Source: Gemmatimonadales bacterium (GTDB lineage Bacteria; Gemmatimonadota; Gemmatimonadetes; Gemmatimonadales; GWC2-71-9). From it: a stretch of DNA of 64,000 nt. The stretch covers positions 672,001-736,000 of the forward strand of contig JBBCJC010000003.1 of NCBI GenBank assembly GCA_037189525.1. Reading direction: 5' to 3'. The first letter of the stretch is position 1, and the number at the start of each line of letters is the position of its first letter. Positions 8,986 through 17,738 of this stretch are shown here, one piece after another. The position numbers were made by a program, and so were the translations under genes. The notes below the pieces were generated by a model. The model ran no database searches. It was not told the origin of the DNA and worked only from the letters and a program-made list of their open reading frames with translations.

Positions 8986-9552
8986 CTAGGGGCTCCCGAA
9001 CTCCGCCGTGTACCGCTGCATGCATTCGAGGATGATCTTCTGTGCCGCGGCGGCATTGTCGAAGCCGCGACTTTCCTGGCGGCGCACACCCTCGCCCTCG
9101 AGCTCTTTGTAGACGAGAAAGAAGTGCTCGATCTCCCGCAGCGTGTGGGAAGGCAGGTCGCCGAGATCGTGGATTTCCCGGGTCCACGGGTCGGCGAGCG
9201 GGACCGCTAAAATCTTCTCGTCGTTCTCGCCCTTGTCGACCAGCTTGAACACCCCAACCGGCCGGACCTCGATCAGGCAGCCCGGGAACACCGGTTCGGT
9301 CATCGCGACCAGGACGTCGAGCGGGTCGTGATCTTCGGCCAGCGTCCGCGGGAGGAACCCGTAGTCGCCGGGGTAGTGCATGGCGCTGTGGAGGACGCGG
9401 TCCAGGCGGAAGATGCCGAGTTCCTTGTCCAGTTCGTACTTGTTCTGGTCGTTCTTGGGGATCTCGATCAGGGCGTTGACGACTTCCGGCGGGTTCGGGC
9501 CGGTCGGAACGTCATGCCAGAGATGGACGGGGCTGCGCGGATTGATTGGCAC
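8986..9552 (-). CDS. ppa: Family I inorganic pyrophosphatase
   Basis: IEIPK..NKYELDKE, YPGDYGF, DHDPLDVLV, DEKILAVP, FFLVYKELE; GTG start at 9552 chosen. Confidence 0.95.
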   Translation of the reverse strand: MPINPRSPVHLWHDVPTGPNPPEVVNALIEIPKNDQNKYELDKELGIFRLDRVLHSAMHYPGDYGFLPRTLAEDHDPLDVLVAMTEPVFPGCLIEVRPVGVFKLVDKGENDEKILAVPLADPWTREIHDLGDLPSHTLREIEHFFLVYKELEGEGVRRQESRGFDNAAAAQKIILECMQRYTAEFGSP

Positions 9553-9658
9553 TTGGGCGGCTTCGCAGAACGTGAGCCTCGAATCTAAGCGGGTCGGAGA
9601 CCGGATTCGAACTTCCGGCAACGATCCCGACTCCCAATCCGATTGTTCGCGGAATCGC

Positions 9659-9687
9659 TTGCCCGAAGCAGGGGGCCTGGGCATATT
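9659..9687 (+). promoter_or_regulatory. Putative sigma70 promoter of tRNA-Leu
   Basis: TTGCCC-N17-CATATT, 10 nt before the tRNA. Confidence 0.5.
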
Positions 9688-9697
9688 TGCCGGCCTT

Positions 9698-9780
9698 GCC
9701 CGAGTGGCGGAATGGCAGACGCAGTGGACTCAAAATCCACCGGGGGCAACCCCGTGCGAGTTCGACTCTCGCCTCGGGCA
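9698..9780 (+). tRNA. tRNA-Leu(CAA), CCA not encoded
   Basis: Acceptor GCCCGAG/CTCGGGC, D-loop GGAATGGCAGAC, anticodon arm GTGGA-CTCAAAA-TCCAC, long variable arm GGGGCAACCCC, T-loop GTTCGACTC. Confidence 0.97.
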
Positions 9781-9832
9781 CTGCAGGTCTCCAACGGCCT
9801 CCCCTCATCTCAGTCACCGGTGACCCTTCCGC

Positions 9833-11317
9833 ATGTCTTTGACCACCGTCCTTACCGACATCCTTCCCCATGAGTTTCAGGGGCCGCTGCTCGTCGTCCT
9901 GACCGGTGAGGGCGGTGTGCCCGACTCGCTGCGTGCGCTCGATGCCCGGTTGGATGGAGCCTTGGGACGGGTCTATGGCAGCGGGGATTTCTCAGGTAAG
10001 AAGGACGAAACCGTCGCCCTCTATCCCAACGGCGAGCTGGGCAGAGTCCTGTTGGTCGGCGTCGGAAAGACCCCCGGGCGGGCGGCCTGGCGTCGGGGTG
10101 CAGCCGTCGGTGCCAAGCGCGCCCGGGTCCTGGGCGCTGCCACGGCCGGAGTTGCCGTTGCCACCGAGTTCCAGGCCGATCTTTCGACCACGCAGCTCTA
10201 TCAGGCGTTGGCCGAGGGGGTGGCGCAAGGGGCCTGGTATTTCCCCGACATGAAGCGGCCACCGGAACAGCCCAAGGCGGCGCTCACCCGGGTCGAACTG
10301 CTCGCACCGAAGGCCGATCGGGAGGCTGCCACCGCCGGGCTGCGCATCGGTGAGGCGGTAGGCGCCGGTCATCAACTGGCCCGGGGCGTTCAGGTCCTGC
10401 CGCCCAATGTGCTGACCCCCGAACGCCTGGCCGAGGAGGCGCGGACGCTGGCCGGTCGTCACGGGTTCGGGGTGACGGTGCTCGATGCCGCGCAGGCCGA
10501 AGCCGAAGGGTTGCGCGCCTTGCTGGCGGTGGGCCAGGGGTCGGCCAACCCGCCCCGATTCATCGTCCTCGAGTATCGGGGGAGCGCCGGGGCGCCTGCC
10601 GTGCTGGTGGGCAAGGGAGTCACCTTCGATACCGGCGGCATCTCCATCAAGCCCGCGCAGAGCATGGAGGACATGAAGTACGACATGTCCGGCGCGGCGG
10701 CCGTGCTGGGTGCCTTCGATGTGCTGGGTCGTCTGAAGCCGCCGTTCAATGTGGTCGGCCTGATTCCCACCGCCGAGAACATGCCGTCGGGAACCGCCTA
10801 TCGCCCCGCGGATGTGGTCACGGCACATTTCGGCAAGACGATCGAGGTCGTCAACACCGATGCCGAAGGACGGTTGCTCCTGGTCGATGCCTTGTCGTAT
10901 GCGCGGCGATTCCAGCCGGCCTGGGTCGTCAATATCGCGACGCTGACGGGCGCAATCGGGATTGCGCTGGGTCAGACCGCGGCGGGAGTGATGGGAACCG
11001 ATGCCGGTCTGGTCCAGGACGTCCTGGCCGCCGGGCGGGATGCCCATGAACGGGCCTGGGAACTCCCGCTCTGGGACGAATACCGGGACCTGATCAAGTC
11101 GGACATTGCCGACGTCAAGAATTCCGGCGGGCGGTTGGCGGGCAGCATCACGGCCGGCTGGTTTCTCCGCGAGTTTGTCGACGGGTATCCCTGGGCGCAC
11201 ATCGATATCGCGGCAACGGCATATACCGATCGCGATGATGCCGCTTTGGTCAAAGGCCCGACGGGTTTCGGGGTACGCCTCTTTACCGAGCTGCTCTTCC
11301 GTCGGGCAGGTGCCTAA
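9833..11317 (+). CDS. pepA: Leucyl aminopeptidase (M17)
   Basis: VGKGVTFDTGGISIK, MKYDMSG, NTDAEGRL, ATLTGA. Confidence 0.97.
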   Translation: MSLTTVLTDILPHEFQGPLLVVLTGEGGVPDSLRALDARLDGALGRVYGSGDFSGKKDETVALYPNGELGRVLLVGVGKTPGRAAWRRGAAVGAKRARVLGAATAGVAVATEFQADLSTTQLYQALAEGVAQGAWYFPDMKRPPEQPKAALTRVELLAPKADREAATAGLRIGEAVGAGHQLARGVQVLPPNVLTPERLAEEARTLAGRHGFGVTVLDAAQAEAEGLRALLAVGQGSANPPRFIVLEYRGSAGAPAVLVGKGVTFDTGGISIKPAQSMEDMKYDMSGAAAVLGAFDVLGRLKPPFNVVGLIPTAENMPSGTAYRPADVVTAHFGKTIEVVNTDAEGRLLLVDALSYARRFQPAWVVNIATLTGAIGIALGQTAAGVMGTDAGLVQDVLAAGRDAHERAWELPLWDEYRDLIKSDIADVKNSGGRLAGSITAGWFLREFVDGYPWAHIDIAATAYTDRDDAALVKGPTGFGVRLFTELLFRRAGA

Positions 11318-11319
11318 CG

Positions 11320-11928
11320 GTGTTTCGCCTGCTGGTCGGTGCGCTGCTGCTCGGCCTCGCCGCGGGGTGCGGGTCGGATCCCACCGGCGCCACGGCCGAA
11401 GTCGCTTTCGACTTTGCCTTCGAGGACCCGGTGGGCGATACCACCGCGGCGACCGCCAACCCGAACGAGGTGCCGGCCATCGATCTGGTGGCCGTCTCGG
11501 GTCGGGTCGAGGCTGCGTCGGTTCGCGTGGTGCTCGAGTTTGCCGAGCCGATTTCCCGCTGGAGCGACGGGTTGGCGAACGGGCTCGATGGTTTCATCCA
11601 TTTCGATGTCGATCAGAACGCCGGCACCCCGTCCGGCACCGTGGCGCAGGGCGGGGAGTTCTACATCGATCTGCGGGACAACGGATTCGGTAAGGTCGGC
11701 CTGGTGGCCGTGACGGCGCGGACCATTACGGTGCTCGACGCGACGTTCGAGGGCAACCGGTTCGAGGTCGTGGTGCCGCGCCGCGCGCTCGAAACCTCGA
11801 ACGACACGGACAACCGGCTCGATCTGCTGGTGCGGGTCGGATCGCGCAATCGCGTTCCGCTGACCGACCGAGGGCCGGATGGAGAGGATCGCTACCGCTT
11901 GGTGCCGCCCGGCGAGGAGACGCCATGA
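11320..11928 (+). CDS. Hypothetical lipoprotein (beta-sandwich, possibly DOMON-like)
   Basis: Lipobox AAGC; DPVGDT...IDL and FDVDQN..T motifs. Confidence 0.65.
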   Translation: MFRLLVGALLLGLAAGCGSDPTGATAEVAFDFAFEDPVGDTTAATANPNEVPAIDLVAVSGRVEAASVRVVLEFAEPISRWSDGLANGLDGFIHFDVDQNAGTPSGTVAQGGEFYIDLRDNGFGKVGLVAVTARTITVLDATFEGNRFEVVVPRRALETSNDTDNRLDLLVRVGSRNRVPLTDRGPDGEDRYRLVPPGEETP

Positions 11929-13772
11929 GGCGCGTGCTGATCGCCCTCGGGATGGCGCTCCTGGCCTCACCGCTCGTTGCGCAGGTGCCGGATTCGCTGC
12001 GCGCCGACAGCCTCGCCGCGGTAGATACCACCGACTATTCCGCACTCTTCCTCCGCAGCCACGAGGAAAGCCGCGAGCGGGTTCCGGTCTATCCGCGGTT
12101 GGGCCGGACCGGGCTGCTTCCGGCGCTGGCTCGGCGCGTGATCGACCGCGACTCGCTCGAGTGGCATGCCGCGCAGACGGTGTCGGATCTGATTGCCAAG
12201 GTTCCCGGTGTCTATATCGCCCGAGGCGGCTGGGTCGGGCGACCGGAGCCGGTCCACTTTCAAGGGCGCGGCATGGCATCGGCCGAGTACTTGATCGACG
12301 GGTTTCCGATGCTTCCGCTCGGCGCGGACAGCATCAGCGTCGATCCGTCGTTGCTCCCTCTCAGCTTTTTCGACCGGGTCGAAATCGAGCGGTTGCCTGG
12401 ACAGCTGCGCATCCATCTGTTCACGCGGCAGCACGACCGCCTGCCGCCGCGTACACGGGTCGGGGTGGCCAGCGGCGATTTCGACATTGCGCGCTATCTG
12501 GGCTCGCTGGAGCGACGGAGCCGGGGCGGATTCGGGTTCGTCGTGGCGGCCGATCATTTGGCCATTCCGCTCCGCACGGGCGACCAAGGGGCCTATAGCA
12601 GCACCCAGTTCTGGCTGCAGATGAGCTATGTGCCGCAGAATGGGCCCTTGAAGGCGATGGCGCAAATCATCCGCGGCGGTTTCGATCGCGGTGTGATTCG
12701 GGCGATCGAGCCGGGTGGCCAGACCTTGGGCGACTCCCTCTCGCTGGGGATCGACGGCGGTCGCACCGATGCGCAGGCCAGTCTGATTTACCAGCCGCGC
12801 ACCGACGGTCTAGGACTTCGGGCCGCCTTGCTGGCAGGGTACAGCAGCTGGTCGGAAGATTCGACGGCGCTCTCGCTCGGCACACCCGATGGTCATATCC
12901 GCTGGATCGACCAGGCGCTCTGGCAGTTTGGTGCGCAGCTCGGGGTGCGCAGCCGGACCGCCAGTTTCGATGCAACGGCCTGGCACCGGACCCGCTGGAC
13001 CCCGATCGATGTCCGGGCCACGCTCGGCGTCAACCCGGTCGCGCCGGTTACGCTCAGCGCGGAAGGGGTCTATCGGCAGCACGAACAGGATCGAATCAGC
13101 CAGTGGGTGACCGGTCGCGCCGGAATTGCCCTGCCGCTCGGCTTTCGCGCTACGGGCCAGGTGCGCACCGGCAGCGTGGTGGCCTCTCCCACGTTGCTGG
13201 ACGAGCCGGCGCAGGACCTGACCGATCTGGGAGGGCTGGTGGCCCTGGGCGGCTCCCGGTTGTGGGCCGAGGTGGGATACTGGCGGACCAGCGGATTTGC
13301 CCCGTCGGCGTTCCCGCTCTATCCGGCGATCGGATCGATTGCGCCGAGTCGGCAGACCAACTGGCTGACGGTGTCGGGGCGGATCGCGCCGTTCCAGTGG
13401 TTCAGCATCGACGGGTGGTACAGTAACCCGATCAATGGCCGTCCCGACGGCCAGCCGCCGACCCACTCGATCGTCAACGCCACCCTGCAGAGCCGCTTTT
13501 TGCCGACCTTCCGGAGCGGCATCTTTGCCCTCAAGCTGCAGGGCAGCATGGAAACCTGGGGGACCGGGACCGCCGGTCGGACGGCCGACGGTGAGCCGAT
13601 CACCCTCAAGGGCGCGACCTTCATTCGGGCTCACATCCAGCTCAAGATCGGCGACTTCGTCGCCTACTACGATCGGGCCAACTTCCAGGCCAGTCGGCTT
13701 GGCTACGTGCCCGATCTCGCCATGCTCCGGCTGGCCAGCACGTTCGGGGTCCGCTGGGAGTTCTCCAACTGA
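11925..13772 (+). CDS. Outer-membrane protein: TonB plug domain + putative beta-barrel
   Basis: TVSDLIAKVPGV, YLIDGFP, FDRVEIER (plug); amphipathic strands; C-terminus FGVRWEFSN. Confidence 0.75.
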   Translation: MRRVLIALGMALLASPLVAQVPDSLRADSLAAVDTTDYSALFLRSHEESRERVPVYPRLGRTGLLPALARRVIDRDSLEWHAAQTVSDLIAKVPGVYIARGGWVGRPEPVHFQGRGMASAEYLIDGFPMLPLGADSISVDPSLLPLSFFDRVEIERLPGQLRIHLFTRQHDRLPPRTRVGVASGDFDIARYLGSLERRSRGGFGFVVAADHLAIPLRTGDQGAYSSTQFWLQMSYVPQNGPLKAMAQIIRGGFDRGVIRAIEPGGQTLGDSLSLGIDGGRTDAQASLIYQPRTDGLGLRAALLAGYSSWSEDSTALSLGTPDGHIRWIDQALWQFGAQLGVRSRTASFDATAWHRTRWTPIDVRATLGVNPVAPVTLSAEGVYRQHEQDRISQWVTGRAGIALPLGFRATGQVRTGSVVASPTLLDEPAQDLTDLGGLVALGGSRLWAEVGYWRTSGFAPSAFPLYPAIGSIAPSRQTNWLTVSGRIAPFQWFSIDGWYSNPINGRPDGQPPTHSIVNATLQSRFLPTFRSGIFALKLQGSMETWGTGTAGRTADGEPITLKGATFIRAHIQLKIGDFVAYYDRANFQASRLGYVPDLAMLRLASTFGVRWEFSN

Positions 13773-13924
13773 TCCTGATCCGCTGCCGCGTTTCGTAACT
13801 CCTTGTCACAGGCGGGGATAGAGGTGTCTGCGGGGCGGGGGTGGCGTCCCGGTCCCGGCCTATCTTCGGCGCCCGTCTTCCGGTAGATTTCGGGGCTAGG
13901 CCTGGAATGCACTCGGGAGGTCCG

Positions 13925-14800
13925 TTGGCGCACAGCATGACCGGTTTCGGTGCCGCAGAGGGGTCCGTCGGCGCCGGGGTGATCCGGATCGAACTCAAGT
14001 CGGTCAATCACCGGTACCTGAGCATGTCCTTCAAGGCGCCGGGCGAGATGATGTCGTTCGAGGCCGAGGTGCGGGAGCGGCTCCGGCGTGACTTCGAACG
14101 GGGCCATGTCACGGTGTCGATCCGCTGGCTCGAGTCCACGTTGGTCGAGCGTGCGCAGGCGGCGGACCCGGAGCGGGTCGCGGCGGCGGTGGCTCGGCTG
14201 GCAAGCGTCGCGGACGCGGCGGGACGACCGCGCAGCGAGATCACCCTCGATCTGGTGCTGCGTCAGCCCGATCTGTTTGCCGCGGCGGACGACGCGCCGG
14301 CCATCGAGTGGGCCGCCATCGAAGCGGTACTGACCCAGGCCATCGCCGGCCTCCGCGAGACCCGGATCCGCGAAGGGGCGGCCCTGGTGGCCGAGCTCGA
14401 GGGTCGGATCGCTGCGCTGGGTGCGCATGCCGCGGCGATCCGGCAGCGGGCGCCTGAGCGATTGGTGCGCGAGCGGGAGCGGCTGCGAAATGCCGTGCAG
14501 ACCCTGCTCGACGGTCGGCCGGTCGATGAGCAGCGCCTCAGTCAGGAGTTGGCTTTCCTGGCCGACCGGCTCGACATCACCGAGGAACTGGTCCGGCTGG
14601 AGGCGCATTTCGGCGCTTGCCGCACCGCGCTCGGCGGTGAGAAGCCGGCCGGCAAGCAGCTCGGGTTTCTGGCCCAGGAAATGGGCCGCGAGGTCAACAC
14701 CATCGGCTCGAAGGCCAACGACGCCGCGATACAGCATCTCGCCGTGGAAATGAAAGGGGAGTTGGAGCGATTCCGGGAACAGCTCGAGAACTTAGAGTAA
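13925..14800 (+). CDS. yicC: YicC/YloC family endoribonuclease
   Basis: SMTGFG, KSVNHRYL, DITEELVRL, GKQLGFLAQEMGREVNTIGSK; TTG after GGAGG (ATG 13937 is an alternative). Confidence 0.93.
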   Translation: MAHSMTGFGAAEGSVGAGVIRIELKSVNHRYLSMSFKAPGEMMSFEAEVRERLRRDFERGHVTVSIRWLESTLVERAQAADPERVAAAVARLASVADAAGRPRSEITLDLVLRQPDLFAAADDAPAIEWAAIEAVLTQAIAGLRETRIREGAALVAELEGRIAALGAHAAAIRQRAPERLVRERERLRNAVQTLLDGRPVDEQRLSQELAFLADRLDITEELVRLEAHFGACRTALGGEKPAGKQLGFLAQEMGREVNTIGSKANDAAIQHLAVEMKGELERFREQLENLE

Positions 14801-15423
14801 AACGGTTTCTCCTGGTGCTCTCGTCTCCCTCGGGAGGCGGCAAGTCGACGATTGCGCGACACCTCTTGGCCGGTCGGGACGATCTGGTCTACTCGGTGTC
14901 CGCGACGACTCGGCCGATGCGAGAGGGAGAGACCGAGGGCGAGCACTACTACTTCCTTTCGCCCGACGAGTTTGCCCGCCGCGTGGCGGATGACGAGTTT
15001 CTCGAGTGGGCGGAGTACAGCGGGTACCGCTACGGGACGCTTCGGGCGGAAATCGAACGCGGGTTGGCTTCGGATCGGCACGTGGTGCTCGACATCGACG
15101 TCCAGGGCGCCGAACAGCTCCGGGCCCGGTTTCCCAACGCGGTGCATGTCTTCATCCTGCCGCCGTCGGCAGGTACGCTGGTGCAGCGGCTCCGCAGTCG
15201 CAACACGGAGTCCGACGCAACGGTGCAGCGACGTCTGGCGGCCGCGTCCGAAGAACTGCGGCATGCGGACAAATATGACTTCGTCGTGGTCAACGACGAT
15301 CTGGTGGAAGCAGTTGCGCAGGTGGCGGCCATCCTCGATCTCGAGGCCCGTCGCCCCGGCCGTCTGCTGAATCTGACGAGCGTGGTCGAGCAGTTGCGCC
15401 AGGATCTGGCGCAGTCTTTCTAG
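14797..15423 (+). CDS. gmk: Guanylate kinase (start uncertain, see findings)
   Basis: SSPSGGGKST P-loop, SATTRPMREGE, FLEWAEYSGYRYGT, LDIDVQGA, FILPPS. Confidence 0.95.
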   Translation, partial: VKRFLLVLSSPSGGGKSTIARHLLAGRDDLVYSVSATTRPMREGETEGEHYYFLSPDEFARRVADDEFLEWAEYSGYRYGTLRAEIERGLASDRHVVLDIDVQGAEQLRARFPNAVHVFILPPSAGTLVQRLRSRNTESDATVQRRLAAASEELRHADKYDFVVVNDDLVEAVAQVAAILDLEARRPGRLLNLTSVVEQLRQDLAQSF

Positions 15424-15435
15424 AGGAGTGGCCCA

Positions 15436-15663
15436 ATGGAAATCGTGACCCCGACCGAAGCAGCCAAGCACGCCGGGACCAAGTACCGGAGCATTCTGGT
15501 CGCCGCGCGGTTTGCGCGGATGGTGAACGAGTTGCCGAAAGAGAAGCAGGCGCAACTCGAAACCGTGCATGCGTATAAGAAGCTGACCACGCTGGCGCTG
15601 CGGAAGCTGGCTTCTGGTGAATTGGCGTTCCGTGAGCTTCGCCGCCGCCGGACCGAGGTCTGA
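15436..15663 (+). CDS. rpoZ: RNA polymerase omega subunit
   Basis: KYRSILVAARFAR...KLTTLALRKL; canonical position gmk-rpoZ-coaBC; GAGGAG SD. Confidence 0.85.
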   Translation: MEIVTPTEAAKHAGTKYRSILVAARFARMVNELPKEKQAQLETVHAYKKLTTLALRKLASGELAFRELRRRRTEV

Positions 15664-15667
15664 CGTG

Positions 15668-16861
15668 ATGTGGGCCGGCCGTCACGTCGTGGTCGGCGTG
15701 ACGGGTGGCATTGCATGCTACAAAAGCTGCCATCTCGTCCGCCGCCTCGCCGAATCCGGGGCGCTGGTCGATGTGGTGCTCACGCGGGGTGCGGCCGAGT
15801 TCGTTCGGCCGCTCACCTTCGAAGCCCTCTCCGGGCGCCCGGTGCTCAGTTCGCTCTGGGAACCTGACCGCGCTCTCGCCCATGTCCAACTTGGTCGCGA
15901 TGCCGACCTGGTCATCATTGCCCCGGCCACGGCCCACGTGCTTGCCCGGCTGGCGCATGGTATGGCCGACGACTTCCTGACCGCCCTGGTACTCGCAACG
16001 ACCAAACCGGTGCTGCTGGCGCCGGCGATGAACGACGCCATGTATGCGGCCGCGCCCACCCAGGACAATCTCCGTCGCCTGGCCGATCGGGGGATGGCCA
16101 TCGTCGGACCGGAGACCGGTCCGCTCGCTGAGGGGCCGGCCGATCGTCCCGGGCGGATGACCGAACCGGACGTGATCGTGCGCCATGCCGAGCGCCTGGT
16201 GCGCAAAAGCGCCGCGTGGTCGTGGCGCCGAGTCGTGGTCACCGCCGGTCCGACCCGGGAAGCGATCGATCCGGTTCGGGTCGTGACCAATCGCTCGAGC
16301 GGAAAGATGGGCTACCGTGTGGCCGAGGCGGCCTGGCTTCGCGGGGCAGAGGTTACGCTGATTGCGGGGCCGGGCGCCGAGCCCGATCCGGAAGGCGTCA
16401 CGGTGGAACGAATCGAGTCGACGGCGGAGCTCGATGCAGCGGTCCGCCAGCATCTCCCCGCGGCTGACGTCCTCGTGATGGCCGCGGCGCCCGCCGACTA
16501 CCGACCGACGGCCCCGACGGACCAGAAGCGTCCCCGCGAGCAGGGAGCCCTGACGCTCGAGTTCGAGCCGACGGCGGACATCCTCCTCGGCACCAAAACG
16601 CTGCGGAAGCCGGGTGCCCTGGTGGTTGGCTTTGCGCTCGAAACCGGTGATGCGGTGGCCAAGGCTGCTGCGAAGCTGGCACGAAAGGGGCTCGATCTGA
16701 TCGTGGCGAACGATGCCCTGGAACCGGGCGCGGGGTTCGAAGTGGACACCAATAGGGTCACCATCGTCGATCGGGATGGCGGCCAGCAGTCGGTGCCGCT
16801 TTCGTCCAAGGGTTTGATTGCCGAAGCGATTCTGGATGCCATCGAGGTGCGCTTTGGATGA
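15668..16861 (+). CDS. coaBC: Phosphopantothenoylcysteine decarboxylase/synthetase
   Basis: GVTGGIACYK, APATA, APAMN, TAGPTREAIDPVR, SSGKMG, VGFALET. Confidence 0.97.
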   Translation: MWAGRHVVVGVTGGIACYKSCHLVRRLAESGALVDVVLTRGAAEFVRPLTFEALSGRPVLSSLWEPDRALAHVQLGRDADLVIIAPATAHVLARLAHGMADDFLTALVLATTKPVLLAPAMNDAMYAAAPTQDNLRRLADRGMAIVGPETGPLAEGPADRPGRMTEPDVIVRHAERLVRKSAAWSWRRVVVTAGPTREAIDPVRVVTNRSSGKMGYRVAEAAWLRGAEVTLIAGPGAEPDPEGVTVERIESTAELDAAVRQHLPAADVLVMAAAPADYRPTAPTDQKRPREQGALTLEFEPTADILLGTKTLRKPGALVVGFALETGDAVAKAAAKLARKGLDLIVANDALEPGAGFEVDTNRVTIVDRDGGQQSVPLSSKGLIAEAILDAIEVRFG

Positions 16862-17738
16862 ACTGCGTCGCCGGTATCTCCGGCAACAGATCGAACTCGG
16901 CGGGCCGGACGTCGTGGCCAGTGTGCCCGCATCCGAACTCGCAGCTCGGCCGCCGCGCGGGGTGAAGCGCCAGGACGCGCCACCGCCGTCCGCAGGCGAG
17001 AGTCGGAAGGCCGTGCCTGCGCCGCCGGATGCCGGCGCTCAAGCGCCTGACGCTCCGGTAAAGGCCGCTCCACCGTCGGGTGGATCGGGAGGTGCCGCCG
17101 GCGCTCGTGACTGGCGGGTCGGGGCGCCGCCCATTCCAGGGCCTGGGCTCGTGATCGAACCGCCCCTGCTGCAGACGATCCCCGCCGATTGGACCTCGCT
17201 CGAGGCGGTGGCCAAGGTCATTGCCGGTTGCACCAAGTGCGTCCTGTCGCAGACGCGAACCCGGACCGTTCCGGGCGAAGGGAATCCGAACGCGCGGCTC
17301 TTGCTGGTCGGCGAGGGGCCAGGCCAGACGGAGGACGAAACCGGACGGCCTTTTGTCGGCCGTGCCGGAGAGTTGCTCAACGGCATCCTGGCTGCGATCG
17401 GTTTTCAGCGCGAAGAAGTCTTCATTTGCAACGTGGTCAAGTGCCGGCCGCCGCAGAACCGGAAGCCGTTGCCCGATGAAATGTCGGCCTGCTCCTCGTA
17501 CCTCGATGCCCAGTTACGGCTCGTGCAGCCGAAGGTTATTCTTGCTCTCGGAAGCACGGCGGCCGAAGCGTTGCTCAAGGTCAAGCGTTCGTTGGGTGAT
17601 CTGCGCGGTAAAGTGCACTCGTATCAGGGAACGCCGCTGGTGGTGACGTACCACCCGGCGGCGCTCCTCCGGAACCCGAATTGGAAGAAGCCCACCTGGG
17701 ATGACGTCCGCATCGCCCGACAACTTGTTGACCGTTGA
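16854..17738 (+). CDS. Family 4 uracil-DNA glycosylase with Pro/Ala-rich N-terminal extension
   Basis: CTKCVLSQTR, GEGPG, FVGRAG, KCRPP, TYHPAALL. Confidence 0.93.
   Translation: MDELRRRYLRQQIELGGPDVVASVPASELAARPPRGVKRQDAPPPSAGESRKAVPAPPDAGAQAPDAPVKAAPPSGGSGGAAGARDWRVGAPPIPGPGLVIEPPLLQTIPADWTSLEAVAKVIAGCTKCVLSQTRTRTVPGEGNPNARLLLVGEGPGQTEDETGRPFVGRAGELLNGILAAIGFQREEVFICNVVKCRPPQNRKPLPDEMSACSSYLDAQLRLVQPKVILALGSTAAEALLKVKRSLGDLRGKVHSYQGTPLVVTYHPAALLRNPNWKKPTWDDVRIARQLVDR

Noticed and set aside
9590..9635. Minus-strand hairpin containing GTTCGAATCC, resembling a tRNA T-arm
   Set aside because: No D-arm, anticodon arm or acceptor stem can be built. It coincides with the likely ppa promoter (TCGAAT-N17-TAGATT).
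9698..9832. tRNA-Leu as an integration site
   Set aside because: No integrase and no duplicated tRNA 3' end seen; followed directly by pepA.
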